The notes beneath the pieces were generated by a model. The model did not search any database and had not been told where the DNA came from. It saw only the letters and a program-made list of their open reading frames with translations. Made by a program: the position numbers and the translations under genes. 64,000 nucleotides of DNA, from NCBI GenBank assembly GCA_041688425.1, contig JBDNIE010000365.1:746-64745 (forward strand), in the 5' to 3' direction. Positions within the stretch are counted from its first letter, which is position 1. Each line of letters begins with the position of its first letter. This stretch comes from Halioglobus sp. GTDB taxonomy: Bacteria > Pseudomonadota > Gammaproteobacteria > Pseudomonadales > Halieaceae. Below, in pieces: positions 9,371 through 18,079 of the stretch.

Positions 9371-10305
9371 TAGCCGACGGCAGCCTCATCGCCGTTACCG
9401 GCGCGACAGGCTTCATCGGTGCCTCCTTATGCCAGCACCTGCGCGAACGCGGTTTCCCGATTCGCGCGCTGGTCAGAAATCCTGCCAAGGCCATACAGCT
9501 TAAGTCGCTGGGCGTAACCCTCGTAGAGGGCGACCTCTCCAATGCCACCGCACTTGAACAACTCTTTTCGCAGTGCGCTGCCGTCATACACTGCGCGGGC
9601 ACTGTCAGGGGAAATTCACAGACCGAATTCGACCAGGTCAACGTTGCCGGAACAGCCGCTGTGCTGCGCGCGATCAGGGCGCAGGCCAGCCCCCCGCGCT
9701 TGATAATGCTATCATCGCTGGTGGCGCGGGAGCCGCAAATCTCCTGGTACGCGCGCAGTAAATCTGCGGGCGAGCAACTGCTGGCGGAGTCTGCTGATCT
9801 CGACCATGTTGTAATCCGCCCGCCAGCCGTTTACGGGCCGGGCGACAAAGAAATGCTGCCGATATTTCAATGCATGCAGCGGGGGTTCGCGCCGGTGCCT
9901 GGCGCCTTGGAGGCTCGCCTCTCGCTGATCCACGTGACCGACCTGGTGACAGCCATAATCGCCTGCCTGCAAAGCGAGGCTGCCAGTGGACAAACCCTGA
10001 CCTTGTGTGACGGCAGGCGCGGCGGGTACAACTGGCACGAGATGGCCGACATTGCCGCTCAACACTGGTCGCGCCGCGTGCGACTGTGGCAAATCCCGTA
10101 CTGGCTGCTCAACAGCATCGCCGCGCTGAATAGTAAACTGGCTGGCATCACCGGCAATGCGCCCATGCTGACGCCGCCGAAAGTGCGCGAACTGCGGCAC
10201 AGGGACTGGGTTGTGGACAATACGGCAATATTTGCAGCCACTGGCTGGACACCCTCAGTGGAGCTGCAACAAGGGCTGCAACAGCTCAAATTACCAGCAC
10301 TTTGA
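9367..10305 (+). CDS. NAD-dependent epimerase/dehydratase-family SDR (start codon unresolved)
   Basis: Frame open from 9355 encodes IAVTGATGFIGASL (Rossmann GxxGxxG) at 9391-9432, then ..VIHCAG.., ..YARSK... There is no ATG/GTG/TTG before 9661. The only candidates are CTG 9367 (overlapping the FAAL stop as CTGA) or ATA 9370. Confidence 0.7.
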   Translation: MIADGSLIAVTGATGFIGASLCQHLRERGFPIRALVRNPAKAIQLKSLGVTLVEGDLSNATALEQLFSQCAAVIHCAGTVRGNSQTEFDQVNVAGTAAVLRAIRAQASPPRLIMLSSLVAREPQISWYARSKSAGEQLLAESADLDHVVIRPPAVYGPGDKEMLPIFQCMQRGFAPVPGALEARLSLIHVTDLVTAIIACLQSEAASGQTLTLCDGRRGGYNWHEMADIAAQHWSRRVRLWQIPYWLLNSIAALNSKLAGITGNAPMLTPPKVRELRHRDWVVDNTAIFAATGWTPSVELQQGLQQLKLPAL

Positions 10306-10335
10306 CCGCGAACCGCACCGCCATACTGCGATATA

Positions 10336-11367
10336 ATGCGTCACTTTTCGTTAAAACCTCAACGTCAGGCAAACCTAACCGTGGCAGAGTTTATAGTCGG
10401 CAATCCACTGCGCAAATGGGCACGCGATAACCGCGTGTTGCGTGAGGTGCTGTGGCGACTCGATTTTGTGCTGGTCTGGATGGTGACAAAACTGGCGCGG
10501 CTACTGCCCATCGATACCGCTTCCCGATTCGGAGAACGTGTCGGCCGCTGGATAGGGCCGAAGCTTAAGCAAAAGACAGCGATATACCGTGCCAATCTCG
10601 CCATCGCATTTCCCGACTTAAGCGACCCTGAGCTCGATGAACTGGTGACCCGCGCCTGGGGACGGTCGGGCCGGGTGATGGCGGAATACCCACATCTGGC
10701 AAAGATCCTCGCGGAAGATGATCGCCTGCAGATAGACATCCGCGAACCCATCGAGACCTACGAAAATCCTGCCAGGCCCTGTGTCATCGTGACAGCTCAC
10801 CAGAGCAATTGGGAAGTGGTATGCTCTGCCATGGCCAAACTGCATATCCCTAACGCCAGTCTCTACTCTCCCCCCACCAATCCACTGCTGGATCGCATGT
10901 TGTTAGAGTCGCGCAGCGCACTGAACTGCGAGCTGCTGCCACGCGAGAACAGCGCCCGCCTGCTGATGCGCGCCCTAAAGCAAGGGAAAACTGCCGCCAT
11001 GGTGATGGACAGGCGGGTCGATGAAGGCAAAGCCATACCGTTTTTCGGGCGAGAGAAACTCTCGACCATTATGCCGGCCAAACTCGCACTCAAGTTCAAC
11101 TGCGATCTGGTGCCGGTGCAGGTGGAGCGCATGCAGGACGCCCACTTTAAAGTCACCTTTCATCCCCCTGTGCGCCCTCGCGATCTCAGCGCGGACGACA
11201 ATGAGCAAGCCATCGATATGATCGAGCAGGTTCACGCCCAGTTCGAAAACTGGATTCGCCAGCAACCAGAAGACTGGTTCTGCTCGAAACGTCTGTGGCC
11301 AAAGGGTAAACTAGCTAACACTGAGGAGACTGGCCATGACGCCGACACCAATTCCCATGCAGCCTGA
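10336..11367 (+). CDS. LpxL/HtrB/PatA-family lysophospholipid (lipid A-type) acyltransferase 1
   Basis: 343 aa, N-terminal membrane anchor, VTAHQSNWE (H-x4-E catalytic box) and MDRRVDEGKAIPFFG, as in Lip_A_acyltrans proteins. Confidence 0.8.
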   Translation: MRHFSLKPQRQANLTVAEFIVGNPLRKWARDNRVLREVLWRLDFVLVWMVTKLARLLPIDTASRFGERVGRWIGPKLKQKTAIYRANLAIAFPDLSDPELDELVTRAWGRSGRVMAEYPHLAKILAEDDRLQIDIREPIETYENPARPCVIVTAHQSNWEVVCSAMAKLHIPNASLYSPPTNPLLDRMLLESRSALNCELLPRENSARLLMRALKQGKTAAMVMDRRVDEGKAIPFFGREKLSTIMPAKLALKFNCDLVPVQVERMQDAHFKVTFHPPVRPRDLSADDNEQAIDMIEQVHAQFENWIRQQPEDWFCSKRLWPKGKLANTEETGHDADTNSHAA

Positions 11368-11968
11368 GAAACAACATCAATCCATTCGGTTGTTCCAGAA
11401 CGATTTTCTTGAACGGCTTTCCCACGTCCATCCCATCACACCGCTGCTGATCTGGGGGCCTCTGGCCGCCTGGCTGATCTGGCGCAGTTTCGCCGTTTAC
11501 CAACTCCCGGTACTTCCTGTGCTAGCCATCGGCGTGGCTGGTGTTGCCACCTGGAGTCTCACTGAATATTGCCTGCACCGTTTTTTGTTCCACTTCCCCG
11601 CCAAAAGTAAGATGGGCACATGGCTGGTCTTCCTTTTTCATGGCAACCACCATGAAGACCCCAAAGACAAAACCCGTCTGGTCATGCCGCCCGCAGGCGC
11701 ACTGCCGATTATGGCAGTGCTATACCTGCTATTCGGTCTCTTTATCCCGCAACCCTGGATTCAACCGTTTTGCGCGTTTTTCATCATCGGATATTTGATC
11801 TATGACTACATCCACTATTCAACCCATCATTTCCCCATGCGCAACCCGGTGGCAAAATATCTAAAGCTCTACCACCTGAAGCACCACTATTCCGGAGAGG
11901 GTGGTCGCTACGGCGTCAGCTCGCCTATTTGGGATAGGGTATTCGGCTCAGATCCGGGCCAGGACTGA
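11336..11968 (+). CDS. membrane di-iron fatty acid hydroxylase superfamily protein
   Basis: Histidine boxes HRFLFH, HGNHH, HYSTHH and HLKHH with several TM segments. ATG 11336 sits behind GAGGAG and overlaps the upstream gene by 32 nt. Confidence 0.85.
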   Translation: MTPTPIPMQPEKQHQSIRLFQNDFLERLSHVHPITPLLIWGPLAAWLIWRSFAVYQLPVLPVLAIGVAGVATWSLTEYCLHRFLFHFPAKSKMGTWLVFLFHGNHHEDPKDKTRLVMPPAGALPIMAVLYLLFGLFIPQPWIQPFCAFFIIGYLIYDYIHYSTHHFPMRNPVAKYLKLYHLKHHYSGEGGRYGVSSPIWDRVFGSDPGQD

Positions 11969-11978
11969 GTCTGCCCGA

Positions 11979-12911
11979 GTGCCCGAGTTCTATCTTGTTC
12001 CCAAGCGTCTTGCACGCAAGGCGCCGTTTCTGGTCGCCGCCGCCCAGCGCCTCGAGGCCGCCTTATTCCGCGGCACCTTCTGGCTTATGCGCAAGCTCAG
12101 CGTTGAGCGCGCCCTGCAATTGTGCGGCTTCACCTTCGAACTGGTTGGCCGATTTTCTGACAAGGCGGCTAAAGCGCGAGAGAATCTGGCCATTGCCTTC
12201 CCGGATGAATCCCCCGAGTGGCGAGACAACACCACCCGAGAGATTTTCCGGCACCTCGGCTACTCTGCAGCAGAACTGGTAAAACTGGAAAAAATCTGGG
12301 AAGAGCGCGAACAACGCATAGAATTTGTGCTGGAACCAGAGGCTCTCAAGCACATGGAGAGCAAGAACGCGACGGTTTTCATGACCGCGCATGTCGGCGC
12401 CTGGCAAGTCGCCTCGCTGGTAACACGCCAGTTCGGATTCAACATCAGCGCAATCTACGCGCCGGAATCCAACCCGGTGATGCAAGAGTTCATGCAGGCG
12501 CTACGCCAATCATTTGGAGAAACCTTGATTCCCGCCGATGCCGGGCCTCGTCCGCTCATTAAAGCGTTGAACGCGGGCGGCAGTATCATCATGGCGATGG
12601 ACACACGTCCCGAGACCGGCAAGCTCATCCCCTTTTTCGGCGTGGACGCGCTCACCAACACCAGCGCTGCGGGTCTTGCGCTGCGCACCGGCGCGGCATT
12701 GGTGGTATCGCGCGCCGAGCGCCTGCCCGGCGCGCGCTATCGAGTCACCGTTTACGACCCGCTGGCCAGCCCGATCCCGGATGCGCCGGTCAAGGAACAG
12801 GCCGTAGCACTGACCGAAATCATCCATCATTATTTTGAAGACTGGATCAGGGAGTATCCGCAGCAGTGGGTCTGCCTGAAGCGGCGCTGGCCGAAGGCGC
12901 ACAAGCTGTAG
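11979..12911 (+). CDS. LpxL/HtrB/PatA-family acyltransferase 2
   Basis: MTAHVGAWQ box (H-x4-Q instead of H-x4-D/E), MDTRPETGKLIPFFG, and a C-terminal WIREYPQQW like copy 1 (WIRQQPEDW). Start uncertain: GTG 11979, or ATG 11901 overlapping the hydroxylase gene. Confidence 0.75.
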   Translation: MPEFYLVPKRLARKAPFLVAAAQRLEAALFRGTFWLMRKLSVERALQLCGFTFELVGRFSDKAAKARENLAIAFPDESPEWRDNTTREIFRHLGYSAAELVKLEKIWEEREQRIEFVLEPEALKHMESKNATVFMTAHVGAWQVASLVTRQFGFNISAIYAPESNPVMQEFMQALRQSFGETLIPADAGPRPLIKALNAGGSIIMAMDTRPETGKLIPFFGVDALTNTSAAGLALRTGAALVVSRAERLPGARYRVTVYDPLASPIPDAPVKEQAVALTEIIHHYFEDWIREYPQQWVCLKRRWPKAHKL

Positions 12912-13134
12912 GCATCATGTAGGTAGCCAATGGGCAGGCATTAACGCAGCCCGAACCGCAAGAAATTGGACAAGATCAGGCGGCTTTGACGTATCATGCC
13001 GCTCGCCGTTCACACATCTAAACGGCGATAAAAATTTAAGATAAGACGACAAAATTCAGCACAAACTATTATGGGAGCGTCCAATTTCTAAGCCCAAACA
13101 CAATAGCTCGCTAGCCGTCTGCATCTGCACCTTT

Positions 13135-14055
13135 ATGCGGACTGAGGGTCTGTTGCGCCTGCTAAATGGACTAGAAAAGCAGATATTTTCTGCCATGCCG
13201 CAGCCGTCCGTGCTACTTATTGTGGTTGATAATTCTCCCGACGGTTCGGCTGCAGCAACCTGCGAATCGCGGCAATGGCACTGGCCGCTGCTTTACCTGC
13301 ATGAGCCCCGACCAGGCATCTCGCATGCCCGCAATACAGCGCTGGCAGCCGTGCCGGATGGTAGTGATTTCATCGCTATGATCGACGACGACGAGGTCCC
13401 CGCTCCCGACTGGCTGGATCAGCTACTCAATGCACAGGCGCGCAGCGGCGCAGACATCGTTGTGGGGCCAGCCGCGCCCGTCTTTCCTGCGGAGACCCCG
13501 GATTGGATAGCAGCCAGCAGTATTTTTATGAAGCCGGAGAACACGGCCAACCTGCAGGAGTTGGATCCCGACCCCCCTGCAGCGACCTGCAACGTGCTGG
13601 TGCGCGCCGGCCTACTCGGTCCGTCGGGCTTGTCGTTTGAACCCGCACTGGCGCTAAGCGGCGGCGAGGACAAGCTGTTGTTCCAGTCGCTAAAACTGCG
13701 CGGCCATCAATTCGCCTGGGCTGCCGCCGCACATGTCAGCGAATGGATTCCGGCCGAGCGTGCAAATTTCGCCTACATGTGGCGAGAATCCTATCGCCGC
13801 GGTTGCGTGAAGTACTTTGTCAAACGACGCCTGAAGTCCGGGTCCCCCATCGGCGCACTGCGCATTGCACTGCGTATGACAGTGCAATCGCTGGGTCTGA
13901 GTGCATGGCATCTGCTGCGCCTACTAACTTGTCTTGGCCAGACGCGCAGTGCGTGGGTGCCTTATGCACTCAAGCTCGCCGACAACCTGGGCACGATTGC
14001 AGGTGTGCTACAAATCCCCAACCGACACTATCGGCCCAAGGATGTTGCGTGCTGA
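13135..14055 (+). CDS. glycosyltransferase family 2 (conservative coordinates; the coding sequence almost certainly begins upstream)
   Basis: VVDNSPDGS, MIDDDE (DxD) and GGEDKLLF motifs. The conserved first strand LAVCICTF is encoded at 13111-13134, upstream of the first ATG. See the finding on start codons. Confidence 0.8.
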   Translation: MRTEGLLRLLNGLEKQIFSAMPQPSVLLIVVDNSPDGSAAATCESRQWHWPLLYLHEPRPGISHARNTALAAVPDGSDFIAMIDDDEVPAPDWLDQLLNAQARSGADIVVGPAAPVFPAETPDWIAASSIFMKPENTANLQELDPDPPAATCNVLVRAGLLGPSGLSFEPALALSGGEDKLLFQSLKLRGHQFAWAAAAHVSEWIPAERANFAYMWRESYRRGCVKYFVKRRLKSGSPIGALRIALRMTVQSLGLSAWHLLRLLTCLGQTRSAWVPYALKLADNLGTIAGVLQIPNRHYRPKDVAC

Positions 14056-15293
14056 ACCTATCGTTTGTGGACAGCGAGCGGCGCTGGAGCCTGCCTAACG
14101 CTGTCTTAGTAACCTATACACTTTTTCTGGCCGGTTTTTTCTTCGTCCCTAATGCTGTGGATAATTATAAATTCTACGTCACGGCAGTGTTCCTGCCAGG
14201 CCTCTTCCTGCTAAAGGGAACTCTGAGCACATGCCTGCGCAGCCCTATCTGGCTGAGTCTTCTGGCGTATCTGGCCTACATGCTGCTGAGTTCGCTGTGG
14301 AGTGAGAATTTCACTCTCCCCGCGCTATGGCGCGATGTCCGCTACACAGCCTACATACTGTCGTTCATACTGCTGACGATCTATTGGTTTGAGCGCAGTC
14401 GTTTGTTGCCAGACGCGGTTATGGATGCCGTTACTCTGGTGGTTATCGTGGCGGCGGCGATCTCGGTCACTACCTTCGAGGGTCTGCTATCGCTCCCCAA
14501 CTTGCCGGCGGAGCGCATGGAAGGGTTTGGTATTACGGATAACCCGAACCCGAGTGCGTTTGTGTATGGCTTTTTTGCCGTTATCGCATTGGATAACGCG
14601 CGCAGGCACTGGGGTGAATGGCTGGGCTACCTCTATGCCATGGGCGTTCTGGTGATAGCCGCGTTTGTCGTTCTCACGCAGAGCAATACTGGCATGCTAG
14701 CGCTGGCGACGGCCTGCGGATTACTGTTTCTCCTCGATCGTAGCCCGGTGCAACCTGCAATGGTTATTGCACTTTTCTTCAGTATTGCGGCGGCCACCGC
14801 ACTGGCCTGGTCTTTTGGAATAATTAGTGCATCCACCGACCACGGTTTTATGAACCGCCTCCCTATATGGGAAAGCATCCTGCAGCAGTGGCAGAGTGCC
14901 CCTGTGTTCGGGTACGGCTATCAACAGACGATCATGCTGCGTCCAAACGGTATGCCAAGCATCATGAATTACGCGCATAACAGTTTTCTTTCGACACTGC
15001 GCGACGGTGGACTTGTCGGACTGGTGATGTTGCTTACGGTCTTCGGGCTTGTATTGCGCGCTGGGCTCAAAATGGTCTACATAGAGCATCGCGCACGGTA
15101 TTTTTGCATGTTCGCGTTTGGCATCGTGTGCATGCTCGCCGATGCCGATCAGCTCATAACCCGGCCGCGGGAGCTGTGGATCATTCTCTGGTTACCGCTG
15201 GCTTGTCTTATGGCCTATGAGATTGGATTGACCGGTGCGGATGCGCCTAAATCGTCTGCTGGCCGGCGCGGCGGCTCACCGAAGAATACTTGA
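14049..15293 (+). CDS. O-antigen ligase / O-antigen polymerase family (Wzy_C) polytopic membrane protein
   Basis: About 10 predicted TM segments and a periplasmic-loop region YAHNSFLSTLRDGGLVGLVML typical of Wzy_C. Start GTG 14049 overlaps the GT2 stop (GTGCTGA). The ORF-track start at 13743 lies inside the GT2 gene. Confidence 0.75.
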   Translation: MLNLSFVDSERRWSLPNAVLVTYTLFLAGFFFVPNAVDNYKFYVTAVFLPGLFLLKGTLSTCLRSPIWLSLLAYLAYMLLSSLWSENFTLPALWRDVRYTAYILSFILLTIYWFERSRLLPDAVMDAVTLVVIVAAAISVTTFEGLLSLPNLPAERMEGFGITDNPNPSAFVYGFFAVIALDNARRHWGEWLGYLYAMGVLVIAAFVVLTQSNTGMLALATACGLLFLLDRSPVQPAMVIALFFSIAAATALAWSFGIISASTDHGFMNRLPIWESILQQWQSAPVFGYGYQQTIMLRPNGMPSIMNYAHNSFLSTLRDGGLVGLVMLLTVFGLVLRAGLKMVYIEHRARYFCMFAFGIVCMLADADQLITRPRELWIILWLPLACLMAYEIGLTGADAPKSSAGRRGGSPKNT

Positions 15294-16522
15294 TGATAGC
15301 CATCCACCGCGCGCTCCAGTGAAAACTCGCGTCCGCGCTGGCGTAACTTTTCCGACTGGGGCTCACTTGCCAGAGCGGCCAGAATACCCGCCGCCAGACT
15401 CTCTGGGTCATTAACCGGCACCAGTGTGCCGTACTGGCCGTTATCGAGAATCTCTGCCGGACCGCTAGGACAATCGGTACTGACGACTGGACAGCCGGCT
15501 AACAGCGCCTCGACCACCACGTTCCCAAATCCCTCAAAGCTTGAAGACAGCACAAATACCCGAGCAGCACGCAGGAACGCGTGGGGATCACTTTGATAAC
15601 CGAGAAGAGCAACGTCATCCGCTACCCCCAGCTCCTGCGCCAGGTCTTGTAGTTCTTGGCGATGCGCCATCTGTTCAATCGATGACTTGTCGCCCCCAAG
15701 GATGACCAACCTTACCTCGCACTGCTGGCGCACGGCAGAGAATGCGCGAATAAGCAGGGGGAAGTTTTTCTGCTCCACAAGGCGGCCCATACCCAGGATA
15801 ACAGGGGGTGCACCGGCACGAAACCAGGGGTGTGAGGGAGTGCTGTGTGCATCATCAGCGGGCGGCGCTGTGAAAACGGGGTTGTAAACCACATTGACCC
15901 GCTCTCTATCCAGCCCAAGAAAACGTATGGCGTCTTCGGCAACGCCGTGTGACGCGGCGATCACGCCGTGCGCCCTGGGGAAACAGTATCGGAATAGCGG
16001 CACCATGCTGTATGCCTGCCCTTTGCCACTCATTCGACTTAACGCACTGCGCACCGACAATGCGATATGGACGCCCACATAAACCCGTGTCGTGACACCC
16101 GGCGCAGAAGCTGCAAGGACAACACTCGTACTGGACTTTCCCAGAGCAGAAGAAATCACGGTGGGAGAAGTGTTCTGAAGATACGCGGTAATATCGCGAA
16201 TATAGCGGAAGCACCGCGGAATTTTGCGCGCCGAAATCACCCAGAAAAGAATACCGCGTAATCCTTGCCAGCCGCCTCGCCCCAGCGCCGAACAAAGCCC
16301 GGTCAGTTTGCCGACCGGCTCCATGACCAACAGATTGACACCAGGGGGTACGCTGTCACATAACTCACCTTGCAACTCGCAGACCAACAGATCAACCTCA
16401 TAGCCAATCGATGCAAAACCTGAGGCCATGCCCAACACAACACGCTCGGCGCCGCCGCCGTTGAGATTATCCAGCAAGAATGCGATCCGTTGCGGCTTGG
16501 CCTGCTCTGTCTGCAGCGACAT
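15215..16522 (-). CDS. glycosyltransferase family 4
   Basis: RIAFLLDNLNGGGAERVVLGM and SSFEGFGNVVVEALLAGCPVVSTDCPSGPAEIL. Start taken at Met15 (16522). The 3' end overlaps the convergent Wzy_C gene by 79 nt. Confidence 0.85.
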   Translation of the reverse strand: MSLQTEQAKPQRIAFLLDNLNGGGAERVVLGMASGFASIGYEVDLLVCELQGELCDSVPPGVNLLVMEPVGKLTGLCSALGRGGWQGLRGILFWVISARKIPRCFRYIRDITAYLQNTSPTVISSALGKSSTSVVLAASAPGVTTRVYVGVHIALSVRSALSRMSGKGQAYSMVPLFRYCFPRAHGVIAASHGVAEDAIRFLGLDRERVNVVYNPVFTAPPADDAHSTPSHPWFRAGAPPVILGMGRLVEQKNFPLLIRAFSAVRQQCEVRLVILGGDKSSIEQMAHRQELQDLAQELGVADDVALLGYQSDPHAFLRAARVFVLSSSFEGFGNVVVEALLAGCPVVSTDCPSGPAEILDNGQYGTLVPVNDPESLAAGILAALASEPQSEKLRQRGREFSLERAVDGYHQVFFGEPPRRPADDLGASAPVNPIS

Positions 16523-16696
16523 TAGATGAATTTCCATATTAAGAACCACTGCGAACGAAGCCATAGCTCAGATACGCATTGGTCGGGCACGCTATTATAT
16601 GTCAGCGAAATCCGCTGTCCACCTGTCACCGGCTGCACATAAGTACTTGATCATCCCCTGTGTCTAGAGTTTTACGAGCGCCGGCATTCAGATAGA

Positions 16697-18025
16697 ATGC
16701 GCGAGTTACCCATCCACCGTTCTACACTGCAGGGAGAGCGCCCCATCTCGTCTATCCAACCAAAGCGCACGAAACTCTGGCTGACTTCACCACATTTCTA
16801 TCCCACGTACGGCGGTGCGCAAAATCGCTATCGCAGTTATATTCCGGGGCTGCTGGAGCGCGGCCTGGATGTGCGTGTTATGACAGGCACCCCGCAGATA
16901 CAAGAGCGCAGCGAGTCGGACACTGACGAAAACTGGTATCAGGCAGCACCGGGCAACTGGTTACCTCAAACCCTACTGGACGGCGCACCGCTGGAGCGCA
17001 TACGCCTGCCCGACAGCAAGAACCGAGTCCGTACACGAATTTACTACGATGCGTTGCTGCAGGTGTGCCAACGCGAGGACGAGGGTCCAACGGTCGCACA
17101 ATTGCTGACCAATATGCGGCCTCAGGCACTGCCGTGGTTGCGCCAGTTAAAAGAAAGCGGCGTCGCCACGGTGTACTCCGTCTCCCAGTTTCCGAACTGG
17201 CAACAGAAGCCACTCAAACGCATATTGCGGCGACGTGGTTATCAAAAGGTCTTCAACGCGTTTGATGCCCTTGTCACCAACAGTGAGGCGATCAAAGCAT
17301 TTCTGCGCGACATCGGCGTGACAGCGCGCATTGAGTACATTCCAAACGGGGTCAACCTGCAACGTTTCCACCCGGTACGATCAGAGCATGACCGTCAGAT
17401 GCGTGCGACGCTGCGCGATCAATTTGGCATACCGGCTGATCACAAGGTCATTGTAGCGGTGGGCGCGGTCATGCCGCGCAAGGGTCCGGATAAGGTATTG
17501 CAGGCCTGGCGCCGGATTCTGCCGCGCTTCCCGAACACGCACGTGATGTTTGTCGGACCGCGCGCCGCCACCCAAGACCCGAAGCTGCAAAAATTCGGTG
17601 CCGAAATTGAGGAACTGGTGAGCGCCTCTGGCGTGCCCGAACAAGTACACTTCACCGGCATTGTCGACGATGTCGAAAACTATCTACGCGCCGCAGACAT
17701 CTCCATCCTCGCCTCCAATCGCGAGGGCACGCCCAATTCCGTATTAGAAGCGATGGCGACCGGCCTGCCATGTATCGTCACGCCGTTCCTTGGCATATCG
17801 GAGGGCATCGGCAAGGCGGGGGAACACTACATGCTGGTAGAGCGCGACCCCGAGGCTATTGCCGCACAGTTGACTCAGCTGCTGGAGAACGAAGCTACCG
17901 GAAAGTCTTTCGCGGAGAGCGGTGAGTGCTTCGTGGTGGCTAACCTCGACCAACAACTCAGCCTCGATCACTACGCGGCGCTCTATGAAGAACTCGCTAA
18001 CCTTGCAGAGCGACGACGCAACTAA
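16697..18025 (+). CDS. glycosyltransferase family 4
   Basis: SPHFYPTYGGAQ N-terminus and LASNREGTPNSVLEAMATGLPCIVTPF GT4 C-terminal signature. Confidence 0.85.
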   Translation: MRELPIHRSTLQGERPISSIQPKRTKLWLTSPHFYPTYGGAQNRYRSYIPGLLERGLDVRVMTGTPQIQERSESDTDENWYQAAPGNWLPQTLLDGAPLERIRLPDSKNRVRTRIYYDALLQVCQREDEGPTVAQLLTNMRPQALPWLRQLKESGVATVYSVSQFPNWQQKPLKRILRRRGYQKVFNAFDALVTNSEAIKAFLRDIGVTARIEYIPNGVNLQRFHPVRSEHDRQMRATLRDQFGIPADHKVIVAVGAVMPRKGPDKVLQAWRRILPRFPNTHVMFVGPRAATQDPKLQKFGAEIEELVSASGVPEQVHFTGIVDDVENYLRAADISILASNREGTPNSVLEAMATGLPCIVTPFLGISEGIGKAGEHYMLVERDPEAIAAQLTQLLENEATGKSFAESGECFVVANLDQQLSLDHYAALYEELANLAERRRN

Positions 18026-18079
18026 CGTGTCAGTACTCAGGGTGATGCGCCCGGAACACGGCCCAGCTATTACCTGCGA

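Noticed and set aside
13743-14048. Long N-terminal extension of the Wzy_C/O-antigen-ligase ORF.
   Set aside because: It lies entirely inside the GT2 gene in another frame and is Arg/Cys-rich. GTG 14049, overlapping the GT2 stop, gives a protein that starts just before the first TM segment.
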